Positions 49,159-59,333 of a stretch of 64,000 nt of DNA are shown piece by piece. This DNA comes from Synergistales bacterium (GTDB lineage Bacteria; Synergistota; Synergistia; Synergistales; JAFGMB01), in NCBI GenBank assembly GCA_963666205.1, contig OY762654.1:2080001-2144000 (forward strand), given 5' to 3'. The number at the start of each line of letters is the position of its first letter. The first letter of the stretch is position 1. The translations under genes and the position numbers were made by a program. The notes under the pieces were generated by a model. The model was not told the DNA's origin. It searched no databases and saw nothing but the letters and a program-made list of their open reading frames with translations.

Positions 49159-51033
49159 TTATGTTTCTTTCGGTTGGTGCTGCGGGTTCTCGGCAGTCCA
49201 GGCCTTGTCGAGTTCTTCCATGTCAGATCCAAGGTCCATGGACATAAGTTCTTCCAGGTCAGAAGAATGCTTCTGATAGGTGGAAATGTAGTTCTCTTCA
49301 TCTTCACAATGTGTTTTGTAGAGTTCAGGCATCATTTTCTGGTCATGTCTGCGGAAAATCCGCATTAGTCTGTATGCTTCGTAGGGGTCGACTCCAAGTA
49401 GCCTCAGGGCATCCTGGCCAAGTGCCAGGGCACTGCCTAAAGTTTCTCTTCTAAGGCTGGTGATCCCAAGATCCATGAGTTCCCAGGCGGAGGAGTGGTC
49501 GTTGGCATTGGCCGCGATTTTAAGGTTCGGGTAGTGTTTTGATGCCAGTTCGACCAGTTTTCTCGAAGGTTCTATATCTCCTATGGTTATGATAAGAAGT
49601 TCCGCTTCGGCTGCTCCTGCTGCTTCGAGCAGGTCGAGCCGGGTAATGTCTCCGTAATACACTTCGAATCCATATTTTCTGAGAACATCCACATTTGCTT
49701 CGTCATGGTCAATGATAACCGGTCTGATGCCTGCTGATATGAGGAAACGGCCCAGATCCGTTCCCAGACGGCCGAATCCTGCAATTATTACTTTATGTCC
49801 ACTACGATCGATAGTATCTGGTTCAACTCTACCTTTTGTCTCTCCTCCTTTGACTTTGATACTGATCTTTTCATAGATCAGGAACAGGAGGGGAGCCAGG
49901 AACATGGAGATCGCCACTGCTGAAATAAGGGGTTCTGTTACCTGGGCTGGCAATACGCCCTGAGTCCTGGAAAACTGGAAGAGCACAAAGGCGAATTCTC
50001 CCCCCTGGGCAAGGGCTACAGAAAAGAGGGCTCGCTCTTTTTTAGTCTGTTTAAAGATAAGTCCGGTTACGACCAGAACCACCCATTTGATAGCTATCAG
50101 AGATACTGTAAGTCCTTCAATGAGAAGGATCTTTTCTCTTATAAAGGTAAAGTTGAGACTGGCCCCTATGGATATGAAAAATATTCCCAGTAACAGACCC
50201 TTGAATGGTTCAATGTCGCTTTCAAGTTCGTGGCGGTATTCGCTGTCTGCCAGAACAACGCCGGCAAGGAAGGTTCCCAGGGCAGGTGAAAGGCCGACTG
50301 CTGTCATGAGCAATGATATGCCTACTACCATGGCCAGTGCGGCAGCTACAAAGATCTCTCTTACCCTTGTGGCTGCAATGGTCCTGAAGATGGGCCTGCT
50401 TGCAAATTTACCAATAAGGAAAACAGACAGTACTGCCAGCAGGGTAACAGCCATTTGCATATATCCGGGGAGTGACCCTATATCGAAAAGAGCAGACTCC
50501 AGATGGCCACCATCATGGATTGCAACGGTTGCAAGGAATGGTAGCAGTGCAAGCATGGGAATGACCGCCAGGTCCTGAAAAAGGAGCACCGAAAAAATGG
50601 ACCTTCCGGTACAGGTGTTCATTAGCCCTTTTTCGCGCAGGGTCTGCAGCACTATTGCGGTCGAGGAGAGGGACAGGGTCAGTCCTACAGCTATAGCCTG
50701 CTGCCATGGCAGGAAGATGAGAGATACTCCTGTAATTGCAATACTTGACAGGAGTACCTGTGTTCCTCCCATTCCCAGTATGGGGGTGCGCATCTGCCAG
50801 AGCAGGGACGGCTTGAGTTCGAGCCCCACAAGGAAAAGCATCATAACTACGCCGAACTCGGTGAAGTGCATTACTTCGTCCACATGACCGATAAGGGAGA
50901 GGCCGAAGGGGCCGATGATGATGCCTGCTATCAGATATCCCAACACTGAGCCAAGGCCGAATCTTTTGGCCAGGGGAACGGCAATGGATGCTGCTGCAAG
51001 GAAAATAAACAGCTGAAGGAGGAAATGTTCCAT
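49159..51033 (-). CDS. KefB/KefC-type CPA2 potassium efflux antiporter
   Basis: [38 protein letters not shown] and a KTN domain (GFGRLG). Confidence 0.93.
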   Translation of the reverse strand: MEHFLLQLFIFLAAASIAVPLAKRFGLGSVLGYLIAGIIIGPFGLSLIGHVDEVMHFTEFGVVMMLFLVGLELKPSLLWQMRTPILGMGGTQVLLSSIAITGVSLIFLPWQQAIAVGLTLSLSSTAIVLQTLREKGLMNTCTGRSIFSVLLFQDLAVIPMLALLPFLATVAIHDGGHLESALFDIGSLPGYMQMAVTLLAVLSVFLIGKFASRPIFRTIAATRVREIFVAAALAMVVGISLLMTAVGLSPALGTFLAGVVLADSEYRHELESDIEPFKGLLLGIFFISIGASLNFTFIREKILLIEGLTVSLIAIKWVVLVVTGLIFKQTKKERALFSVALAQGGEFAFVLFQFSRTQGVLPAQVTEPLISAVAISMFLAPLLFLIYEKISIKVKGGETKGRVEPDTIDRSGHKVIIAGFGRLGTDLGRFLISAGIRPVIIDHDEANVDVLRKYGFEVYYGDITRLDLLEAAGAAEAELLIITIGDIEPSRKLVELASKHYPNLKIAANANDHSSAWELMDLGITSLRRETLGSALALGQDALRLLGVDPYEAYRLMRIFRRHDQKMMPELYKTHCEDEENYISTYQKHSSDLEELMSMDLGSDMEELDKAWTAENPQHQPKET

Positions 51034-51034
51034 T

Positions 51035-51643
51035 TTATGACCTCCTTATAGCCGAGTTGAGATCGGTGTTCAGATATTGGCTTCGTTGAACTGTATCGAT
51101 ATCAAGTGTGTCATCCCTCAATGCGATGACAGCACGACGGTAGTCTTCCGCGTGAGCTGTCACAGTTTCATCGGGCAGGCCCCTGTGTATGCCCAGAACG
51201 GTGAATGGTGGCAGCCAGGTCATTCCACAAAGCTTCGCTGTAGCCTGAAATGGGGAGGTCAGCTCTGCGAAAGTAAATCGGTTGAACCCTTCTTTCCTGT
51301 AGGTACTGCTGTCGCCGCCTGCCGTAATAACATGCAGAAAAAGCTTACCCTGCAGTGCATTGCCCAGTGGCCCGTATGCCCAGCCGAATTCCAGTACCTG
51401 GTCGAACCATTCCTTCACGATCGCCGGGGCATAGAACCAGTAGAAGGGATACTGAAATATAATTACATCATGATCTTCACAGAGATCCTGCTCTTTTCTG
51501 ACATCGATAAGAAAATCCGGGTAGGCTGCATAGAGGTCAGTAAGGGTGACACCTTCAAGACCTTCTACTGCAGCACGAAGAGCATTATTGATCCTTGAAC
51601 GTGATCTTGCCGGATGGGCAAAATTAATAAGTATCTTATTCAT
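51035..51643 (-). CDS. KefF/KefG-type NAD(P)H oxidoreductase
   Basis: [26 protein letters not shown]. Confidence 0.92.
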   Translation of the reverse strand: MNKILINFAHPARSRSRINNALRAAVEGLEGVTLTDLYAAYPDFLIDVRKEQDLCEDHDVIIFQYPFYWFYAPAIVKEWFDQVLEFGWAYGPLGNALQGKLFLHVITAGGDSSTYRKEGFNRFTFAELTSPFQATAKLCGMTWLPPFTVLGIHRGLPDETVTAHAEDYRRAVIALRDDTLDIDTVQRSQYLNTDLNSAIRRS

Positions 51644-52122
51644 GATCTGAAGTCTCCTCTTCCAGGGTGCATTCGAATGCCCGGATATGGCGGTTCATCA
51701 GCTTTAAATTCTCCAGAAATTCCTGCTGCACCGTATTTCGGCTATTATCACACAGAATCATATTGTGATCGGACCGTGTATGTTTATTATATATTTATCT
51801 GAAACAAACTGAGCCGCCGCCATACAGGACAACGGCTCAGGGATGAAAGAGGTTTTCCTTGCAGAAACAGTCAAAAGATCTTAGTAATTACACAAACCTG
51901 AGAATTTCATCCACATCTTTGCGCGGTGTGGCTTCGGGATGTTCTTAGGGATAGCTGTAGACGATAAGGGCAGACCTGCGACCCTGGAAATTGAGTCGTC
52001 ATCGATGATAACGAAAGTTATATGATTCGCTGAAGCAAATCCTATCAATTCAATGAAATCAGGAATGGAATGGGATTGCAGGGAAGAAGAGATCCAGGAA
52101 CCTCTTTTGATAACTGTAGGAA

Positions 52123-52166
52123 AAACAGAAACCGGCACTTCAGATCTGAAGTGCCGGTTTCTGTTT
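52123..52166. terminator. Perfect 44-bp palindrome, probable terminator
   Basis: AAACAGAAACCGGCACTTCAGA|TCTGAAGTGCCGGTTTCTGTTT. Confidence 0.7.
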
Positions 52167-52232
52167 CTATGTGTAACTCATAAAAGCAGCCCGAGATATT
52201 CGGGCGTACTGACAAAAAGAGAAATCACAAGG

Positions 52233-52787
52233 TCAGTTTCTCGGACCTCCTCCAGGGCCTCCTCTTTGTCCCATCTGTGCAAACATCTCAGCCCTGTTCT
52301 GAGCTATCTCGTCTGCAAGGTCATCGTCCCACTGGCCGCTCTCAAACATGTTAAGCAGGGCTTGATTTTCATTTTTCATCTTGCTGGATGTATTTGCTCC
52401 TCCCTGATCGCCGCGGGGGGGATGGTTTCCCATCTGTTCCATGTTCTTTTTAACCTGGACCTTCTGATCGTTTTTAAGAACACTGTTCCACACCTCGAAC
52501 TCGAGCTTAAGCATATCCTTGTGGTAGGACTGGATCTCTTCCTCGTCTCCGTTTTCCATAAGTTCCCTCATATCTTTCATACTGTCTCCCATGATCTCTT
52601 CAGATATTTCCTTTATTTCTGACTTCTGGTCGTTAGTGAGGTTAATACCTTCCAGGGAACGGGGGATCCCTTTTTCTCCCCGGTTCCCTGGGCCGGTTCT
52701 GCCTCCCTGGGCAAAGCTTGCAGAAACACCTGCCAGAAGAAATACTGCCAAAAGAAATAGTGCTGCCACCTTTTTTGTGCTGTTCAT
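52233..52787 (-). CDS. Spy/CpxP-like periplasmic protein
   Basis: Signal peptide; LTNDQ and LKNDQ (LTxxQ-like) motifs; Met/Gly-rich. Confidence 0.7.
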   Translation of the reverse strand: MNSTKKVAALFLLAVFLLAGVSASFAQGGRTGPGNRGEKGIPRSLEGINLTNDQKSEIKEISEEIMGDSMKDMRELMENGDEEEIQSYHKDMLKLEFEVWNSVLKNDQKVQVKKNMEQMGNHPPRGDQGGANTSSKMKNENQALLNMFESGQWDDDLADEIAQNRAEMFAQMGQRGGPGGGPRN

Positions 52788-52878
52788 AGTTGTGATGTCC
52801 TCCTGTATAGATCATATTCATGGCCTGTACTTACCGAACCATGGACATAAGTCTACAAAGAAAACTGTTTATTGGGGG

Positions 52879-52924
52879 TTAAGGAATGTTTAAAAATATT
52901 AAGAAGAGTTAAGGATAATTAAGG
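52879..52924. promoter_or_regulatory. Five TTAA(G) direct repeats at ~10-bp period, candidate response-regulator site
   Basis: TTAAG at 52879, 52899, 52909 and 52919; TTAAA at 52890. Confidence 0.55.
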
Positions 52925-53171
52925 TCTCTGCTGGGGTAAGATATTTTTGATTATTAGACCGAAAACCTTTGTTTCAGGCCTTATGGCCCAATTAATATGG
53001 TGGTCTGTACACGAAAGATTAAAAATCCAAAATCAATTTACCGTTGAGGGAAGTCTGTTAACCCTGTGGAAAAATTTTGCTGGAACAAAAAGCCCCCTCG
53101 CGGTCATGAGGGGGCTTGAAGTATTAAAAGCAATAATCAGAATGGAATGATCTTTCTGGTAACCCTGCTTG

Positions 53172-55166
53172 TCAGGGCTGACCGATCTTTACCTTCTTTA
53201 TATCGAATTCCACCATATCCTGTATTCTCAGGGGTTTTATAATATTTTGAAGCCCTGGAATGTCCATATCCTGCCACAATGGGTCTACCACTGTACCCCC
53301 TGAAACTAACGGATAGGTTTTACCGGGTTTAAGTCCCTTCTTCATAAGAGGTTCTGCCGATCTTGCTCTGGTGGCACCAAGCTTTAACTTGCCCAGATCC
53401 GGATAGGATGCTCCCGGCATATTCTGCGTTACCGTGGTATAAACCGAGGGCAGATCTGGGGGCGTGGGGACAAGGGTCGGGGAGAACAGGTGAGGACGAA
53501 GGGTGGGATCCCCGAACAGGGTCTGACTGTAATACCTTTTGGGGCTCACATGACCAGGATTTGGAGGGAAGGTGGTGCCCCAGTTCTGGTGTCTGGCGTA
53601 GGACCTCTGAGTGATCATCTGGGCCTGCCCTATGTTCATCCCGTAGGCCATGGAAACATAGAACATCCCTGTTTCATGGGGACCCACGGTGGTGTTCCCC
53701 AGTACAGCCATGGGTTTCAGCTCCCCTATGTGGTTGGGGAAGAATAGATAATGCTCTCCCAGGTTATCTCTGTGCTTATAGTCGCAGGCAGAGCATCCAT
53801 GGTGGTAATAGAAAAGGGCTTTCATTTTCTGTGCCTTGAAAAGTTCTTCTTTGAAAACGCTTTCAATTCCCGAAGATATTCTGAACTCGTGCAGGTCATG
53901 GGCAGAATGCATGAATGTCTCCACCCAAAGGTAGTTTCCAAGTTTAAGCCTTTCGATATAATCGGCCTTGTTCGTGGTGTTCGTCCCGTTGACTATGCGG
54001 GTATATCCTTCAGTGTGCCCTGTTCCGGCATAGGAAGTTTCACCGAAGACCGGTCCTGGCCATGTAATGGACATCATGTTCGCTGTTGCCTGGGCAAGGT
54101 CCTGCATATCGTCATCGTAATAGATAAGGCGGTTTTTGAAGGTCTGTTCTTCCACATCTTCTGCGGAAGGGGTTTCCAGGCCCTTGCGGTAACAATGGTT
54201 GGCGTAGAGATACTTGCAGATCGCAACCCCATCCGAAGTCTGTAAAAAGTCAAGATTCTGAGGATTGATCCGCCCCATCCATATCTCGGGTTTTGCTCCC
54301 ATTCTTCCCCAGTCCTGGGTGTCGCCGGTCCAGTAAGGGGATACTTCATCCCCGGCCACACATTCATGATCTATTGGAATTTCCGGGTAGTCCATGGTGG
54401 TCACCAGGGGGTAGCCCGTTTCGTCAATCAGATTCCAGTTACCATCCATATCGGTAAGGTAGAGGTCACAGGCGAAAACACCTTCGTACAGCGTCTCATT
54501 CATCGTTCCCGATCCCGGGGTATCCTCTTTCCATGTCCTCATCCTCTTGTGGACCAGGGGAAGGGGAAAAGGACCCATCAGCACAAAACCAGTACCAAGG
54601 TCAAAGGCTTCTTTTGAAAGCTTGCCTTCTTCACATTCCTTGAGGGTCTCCAGCCACTTGGACCGAATGAAGCCCTTCAGATTTTTCACGTTGGTAAAGA
54701 AAGGGTCTATGTTTCCTTCAAAGCTGATGGTAAAAAGCTTCACCTTGTAGCCTTCGCTGGCCACATCTTTAGCATAGGTATGTACGTGAGGTAGAAGACC
54801 CTTTAACTGACCGACCTTCTCGCTGAGAAAAATAAAGAAAGTTCCTTCCCGGCCACCCTGTGCTTCCCAGATCCCCCCTGGCATGGCTTTCAAGGTGCCG
54901 TAGGTTTCAGGAGCTATGGTCACCTGCGAGATCATCCCCGGGGTTTTGATGATCTCCGCAGGGATCTTTATAGTATTTACAGGTGTTTTTTTAAGTTCGG
55001 GTGTTTTCTTGATGATGATCTTCTGAACATCAGTCTTTGCAGGGGGTTTCTGGATGGTGACGCTTGCAGCCCGGGTTTCAAATGCAACCCCCAGGACAAG
55101 CAGGCATAAAAAACAGGGGAGAATTATCATTAAGGTTTTTCTTATTTTTTTTTTGCCGCAGGACAT
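53172..55166 (-). CDS. Exported C25 (gingipain)-like cysteine peptidase
   Basis: Signal peptide, DLY.TDMDGNW, PEIWMGRI, FMHSAH, HHGCSAC, LFGDPTL. Terminator near 53089-53118. Confidence 0.65.
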   Translation of the reverse strand: MSCGKKKIRKTLMIILPCFLCLLVLGVAFETRAASVTIQKPPAKTDVQKIIIKKTPELKKTPVNTIKIPAEIIKTPGMISQVTIAPETYGTLKAMPGGIWEAQGGREGTFFIFLSEKVGQLKGLLPHVHTYAKDVASEGYKVKLFTISFEGNIDPFFTNVKNLKGFIRSKWLETLKECEEGKLSKEAFDLGTGFVLMGPFPLPLVHKRMRTWKEDTPGSGTMNETLYEGVFACDLYLTDMDGNWNLIDETGYPLVTTMDYPEIPIDHECVAGDEVSPYWTGDTQDWGRMGAKPEIWMGRINPQNLDFLQTSDGVAICKYLYANHCYRKGLETPSAEDVEEQTFKNRLIYYDDDMQDLAQATANMMSITWPGPVFGETSYAGTGHTEGYTRIVNGTNTTNKADYIERLKLGNYLWVETFMHSAHDLHEFRISSGIESVFKEELFKAQKMKALFYYHHGCSACDYKHRDNLGEHYLFFPNHIGELKPMAVLGNTTVGPHETGMFYVSMAYGMNIGQAQMITQRSYARHQNWGTTFPPNPGHVSPKRYYSQTLFGDPTLRPHLFSPTLVPTPPDLPSVYTTVTQNMPGASYPDLGKLKLGATRARSAEPLMKKGLKPGKTYPLVSGGTVVDPLWQDMDIPGLQNIIKPLRIQDMVEFDIKKVKIGQP

Positions 55167-55301
55167 CACATACACCTCCCAAAGTTTGAACTGACAGGAT
55201 CTCCAACTTATGACCTTGATCTGAGAGCAAATCCGGAAATCAATTGCTTAATAGTATAGACCTTTTGAAGCATGTTTTGTTAAACAGATAAAGTAACTAA
55301 T

Positions 55302-55336
55302 GGGGTCAGACCTTGATTTTAACCGTATGTATGCAA
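55302..55336 (+). repeat. GGGGTC-site, subtype A
   Basis: GGGGTCAGACCTTGATTTTAACCGTATGTATGCAA, with a degenerate inverted partner at 55479-55493. Confidence 0.95.
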
Positions 55337-55507
55337 TGTAAGGATAGTCAAGGTGTCAATCATTGTATTACCGAACTATCCATCCATGGAGTGGAGCATA
55401 TTAAAACAGGGAGGGGACCAAATTTATCGGGTATGTTATTACCTTTCCTCGATAATCATCAATAGTCCATCAAAATAGCCAGGGTCTAACCCGAAGTATT
55501 CAGGACT

Positions 55508-55996
55508 CTATCTGTTTTCATACATTTTCTCAATGATCTTTTTCCCTGATTCCGTTTTAAAATGTTTATTAACAAAATCTATAACCGTATTCTTATCCAT
55601 GTCTTTTTCCGGCGCATTCACAATAAAATCTGCTTCCACCAGGACCTGAAAATCCATACCATCAATATATTCAAAACTGTGGTGATGGCCTATGATAAAA
55701 CAGACTCTTTCGATTATGTCTTCATTAATCTGTAATTTCTCCAGGATATTTCTGGCAACAGGAGGCCCTTCCATTTCCTGGCATTTCCACGATGAGTTGT
55801 TATACTTTCTCTCGCATTCTTTTATCCCTATATCGTGGAGTATTGCTGAAACAGCTATTATTTCCCCGGTTGAGGGATCAACTGCTTCAAGTTCGGCTAT
55901 GGCATTGGCGTAACCGTAAACCTTCATCGCATGGTCTATTCTCTTCTTGTCATTCCCGAATATTTCGATCATTTCTCCTATGGGTAGTTGAAACAT
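55508..55996 (-). CDS. HD-domain phosphohydrolase (diverged intact paralog)
   Basis: Colinear with 39572-40060 (LHDIGIKECERK, IIGHHH); RBS AGGAGG. Confidence 0.9.
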   Translation of the reverse strand: MFQLPIGEMIEIFGNDKKRIDHAMKVYGYANAIAELEAVDPSTGEIIAVSAILHDIGIKECERKYNNSSWKCQEMEGPPVARNILEKLQINEDIIERVCFIIGHHHSFEYIDGMDFQVLVEADFIVNAPEKDMDKNTVIDFVNKHFKTESGKKIIEKMYENR

Positions 55997-56236
55997 GCTT
56001 ACCTCCTTTTATCGATCTATTATGAGTTGGTCTGTTTTCTCTGTGGTGAAGTTTCTTTCATTTTCAAGCCAAGCATTTTTCGACCTGTCTGGTATCGATT
56101 TCAATTGAATATAGCTCAAGGGAGGGAGAAAAACAAACCTTTTATCCTTTATTCAGAACCTACTGTTCAAATAGAAAGGCCTCTCCCCAAATGGAGTGGG
56201 GCAGAGGCCTTTTTCACTTCTGCTGAAAGATGGTTC

Positions 56237-58606
56237 TTATCTTTTCCTGAGCATCATGATCAATGGTATGAGCATCATCCAGAGAATCATTCTCAGGCTG
56301 GCAATGCTGCACCCACCACCACCTGAACCGGCTGAGGGTTCTGGTTCTTCAGGGCTGCCTGGCTCTGATGAAGTATCCCTGTTCAGAATCTCAGGATCAA
56401 GTGTAGATGCCATCATGGAGCCCCAGGCTTCTTTGGGGATCTGGATGAAACATGACCAGTCTCCCTCTGTTTCCATTTTCCAGGTCAGAGGCATTCTGAT
56501 CCATTCCGTACCATCATGCCACCAGAGATCGGGCCTCTCTCCTGTAAGCCATGGATAGTCTTTCTCATTGAGTGAAGAACTCAAGGAAAGATAGTCGATC
56601 TTTTCTGTACCCTCCGGAAGAAGGTAGAAGAAGATGCTGTTTTCAGACCATTCTGCACCTTCCTTCAGCAGAGAAGACACCAATCCTGCTTCTGGTTCTA
56701 TCATTGCGGCTGAGATCTGCCCATTATATTCTGCAGAACATGGAGTAAGGACTATCCTGTAGGGTATACCCTCGGAGTCCGGATAGAATCCTTCTATGGT
56801 GGTTTCCATGATTCCCGATTCCGGGCCCGGAGGTATTACAGGACCAGGAGTGATATCAGGATTGATGAGCCAGATCTGGCATCCCTTGCTGGAATTAGCT
56901 GTTCCCAGGAATATCCCTTCTGAAGTTGAGATCATGGTTCTTCCCCCGATGTTCAGTTCATCTCCAATGATGTCATTGACTTCGTCAAAGTAGCCGAAGG
57001 TCTCACCGAACCCTCCGTCCTGGGTAATGGGTGTCCAGTCAGTTCCATTTTCCGTAAAATACAGGTCGAAGCCGCTCCTGTTGCTGTTCACAAGCCTGAA
57101 AAATCTGACCAGACCTTCCATGATTTCTTCGTTTCCTTCTCCAAGCATCTGGATTATGCCCTCGAACATAGCCCTCAAATCAACGGTAGATGCATAAAGC
57201 CTGTTATCATGAGCGCACATCCTCCATATATATCTCTGGATGCTCAGATTCGGGAAATACTCCTTGAACAATGGCAATGAAGGCATGGGACCGAAAATGG
57301 ACTGGAAGATATCCATGATCTCAAAGCTGGAAAGAGATGGAGCTTCGAACCATCCTGCTCTCCAGTTGCCTATCCTGTAATTGAAATCCTCAAGGGGAGA
57401 GGACCTTCCAGGGTCACCGATCACCATTTCCCAGTTATCACTGGTATCAGAACGGTATATCTGTGGAGGAGTCCAGTTATTCAGGAGGGTAACAATACCT
57501 CCGAGAATATCTTCCGTCGCCCCTCCTCCCATTGCCTGGAGCATCATCATTATCAGATCTTTCCAGTTGGAAAAGGTTCCCATGTACATCATTCCGTTGA
57601 AGATAACAGGACTTGCCGCTGCATTCTCGTAATTGCCCAGCCCTGCAGGGTATTTACCACCTGCACTTTTCGTTACCACCTTGTGCCAGCCAGGATCCCC
57701 GGGGTTTTCTCCCTTGAACACCTGGAAGCCGTTAATGGGGTCGGCAATGGAAACATAGAGGTAACCGTTGAAACTGACCATGTCCCATACACCTGACCAT
57801 CCCGGGAAATAACCTATCTCGGTGAAATGGTCAGGGGAACCCACCTTTTCCCATCCAACCCAGGAATTAATGTTCGAGAAATCCGATGAAAGGGGTTCCT
57901 GGGCAACTGGAGCTGCAGTGCTCCTGTAGATATCTACCAGGGTGTTCCCGTAAGGAATTCCGTTCTTGTCCACTCCAAGGATATTTGCGGAGTCGGCACC
58001 AACGTAAAGTCTGCAGTTGTGGACCGTCATTCCCCTCAGGCCAGATCCGCTGGTATTGGCCATGCGGAAGACTTCCTCAACCTCAGATGACCCATCAGTG
58101 AAACGGAGTATCCTTGAAAAGGGACCAGTAAAGAAAGGATAGGAAACAACGTACAGGGACCCATCATAGACCTCCATGGCCCGATACCCTTTTTCCAGGG
58201 TCACATCCTCACTTCCCACAGTGATCTTAGGGGATTCATAGACCAGTTCCCAGTTTCCTGTCAGATCGGTCTTGTCCCTCCTGTAAAGTTTGGCCCTGTC
58301 ATCCGACAAGGGAGGCAGCATTCCGGGGGGCATGGAAAAACCTGGTCCTCCCGGATAACCCATAAGCATTTCATTCATGTAATTTCTGACGGTTCCCACG
58401 TAAATATCTCCTGCATATTCCTGTTCGCACCATGCATAGCTGTTCTCAGCATCATTAACCAGTCCGTCTACTTCCATCGGATTTACAGGAAGGATCTGGT
58501 TTCCGCTAACCTTCTGAACGTTATGTACAACATCTGCTCCTGCTGCATAAGGTAAAAGGGAAAGAACAAGTAAAAGAAGAAACCCTGTCAGTGCACTTTT
58601 TTTCAT
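56237..58606 (-). CDS. Large surface protein with a Synerg-CTERM-like tail
   Basis: Signal peptide, propeller-like repeats (FNGYLYV, FNGMMYMGT), SGGGGC-hydrophobic-RKR. Terminator near 56177-56213. Confidence 0.85.
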   Translation of the reverse strand: MKKSALTGFLLLLVLSLLPYAAGADVVHNVQKVSGNQILPVNPMEVDGLVNDAENSYAWCEQEYAGDIYVGTVRNYMNEMLMGYPGGPGFSMPPGMLPPLSDDRAKLYRRDKTDLTGNWELVYESPKITVGSEDVTLEKGYRAMEVYDGSLYVVSYPFFTGPFSRILRFTDGSSEVEEVFRMANTSGSGLRGMTVHNCRLYVGADSANILGVDKNGIPYGNTLVDIYRSTAAPVAQEPLSSDFSNINSWVGWEKVGSPDHFTEIGYFPGWSGVWDMVSFNGYLYVSIADPINGFQVFKGENPGDPGWHKVVTKSAGGKYPAGLGNYENAAASPVIFNGMMYMGTFSNWKDLIMMMLQAMGGGATEDILGGIVTLLNNWTPPQIYRSDTSDNWEMVIGDPGRSSPLEDFNYRIGNWRAGWFEAPSLSSFEIMDIFQSIFGPMPSLPLFKEYFPNLSIQRYIWRMCAHDNRLYASTVDLRAMFEGIIQMLGEGNEEIMEGLVRFFRLVNSNRSGFDLYFTENGTDWTPITQDGGFGETFGYFDEVNDIIGDELNIGGRTMISTSEGIFLGTANSSKGCQIWLINPDITPGPVIPPGPESGIMETTIEGFYPDSEGIPYRIVLTPCSAEYNGQISAAMIEPEAGLVSSLLKEGAEWSENSIFFYLLPEGTEKIDYLSLSSSLNEKDYPWLTGERPDLWWHDGTEWIRMPLTWKMETEGDWSCFIQIPKEAWGSMMASTLDPEILNRDTSSEPGSPEEPEPSAGSGGGGCSIASLRMILWMMLIPLIMMLRKR

Positions 58607-58934
58607 TTGTTTCTACCCCCCCTTTTTTTGGTAATACATCTTTTGTTGACATCACATTTGCCGGTTTGAAGGCAAAAAAATCCCATGCAAACTCTATAGA
58701 CATTTCTTTATTTTCTGAATTGAAGCAAAGACGTTCTGATTTTTAATAATTAAGAAGATTATTTCAGGAAATTAAGTAAAAATAAAAAATGACGTGATGT
58801 TCAGGAAACACTGAGGAGTTATTAGTAATTCTAAGTATTAAGCTAAAGAAGCATTGCATTAACAATACATCATGAAATAGGATTTGTAAATCAACTAACC
58901 TGGAATTTGACAATGAAATAGGGATAATAAAAGC

Positions 58935-58997
58935 GGGGTCAAACCTTGCACGCAACTCGTCAAGGTCAGAGCTTGATTTTAACCGTATGTATGCAAT
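58935..58997 (+). repeat. Tandem GGGGTC-sites: truncated B' followed by A
   Basis: GGGGTCAAACCTTGCACGCA-ACTCGTCAA-GGTCAGAGCTTGATTTTAACCGTATGTATGCAAT. Confidence 0.9.
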
Positions 58998-59333
58998 CAC
59001 AGTTATATCACTATGCATGTGTACCATATCCTTGAGGATTTGTAAGGAAATGACAGATCCTACCTTAATGAATTACGCACATTTTCTTAATTTTCCCGGT
59101 AAATCAGAATTCTACATGGGAAGCCTGGAGCAGTAGTTCGAATTTATAATGGGAAGTTAAGAAGAATCTGGCTCTTTTCTTTCAGACCTATTTCTACGCA
59201 TTGACTTGGTGAAGGTATGTTTAATTGACACTCTTTCTTTATATAAGTATTCTGTTAAATAAGAATTGAAAGTTGTTTCCTCATTAAATCCATCCGCAGA
59301 TGCCTGCGGTATCCCAAGTCGGAGGTGATACCC

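Noticed and set aside
51881-52138. 85-aa minus-strand ORF
   Set aside because: It starts inside the palindrome, has no RBS and no recognisable family; at most a gene remnant.
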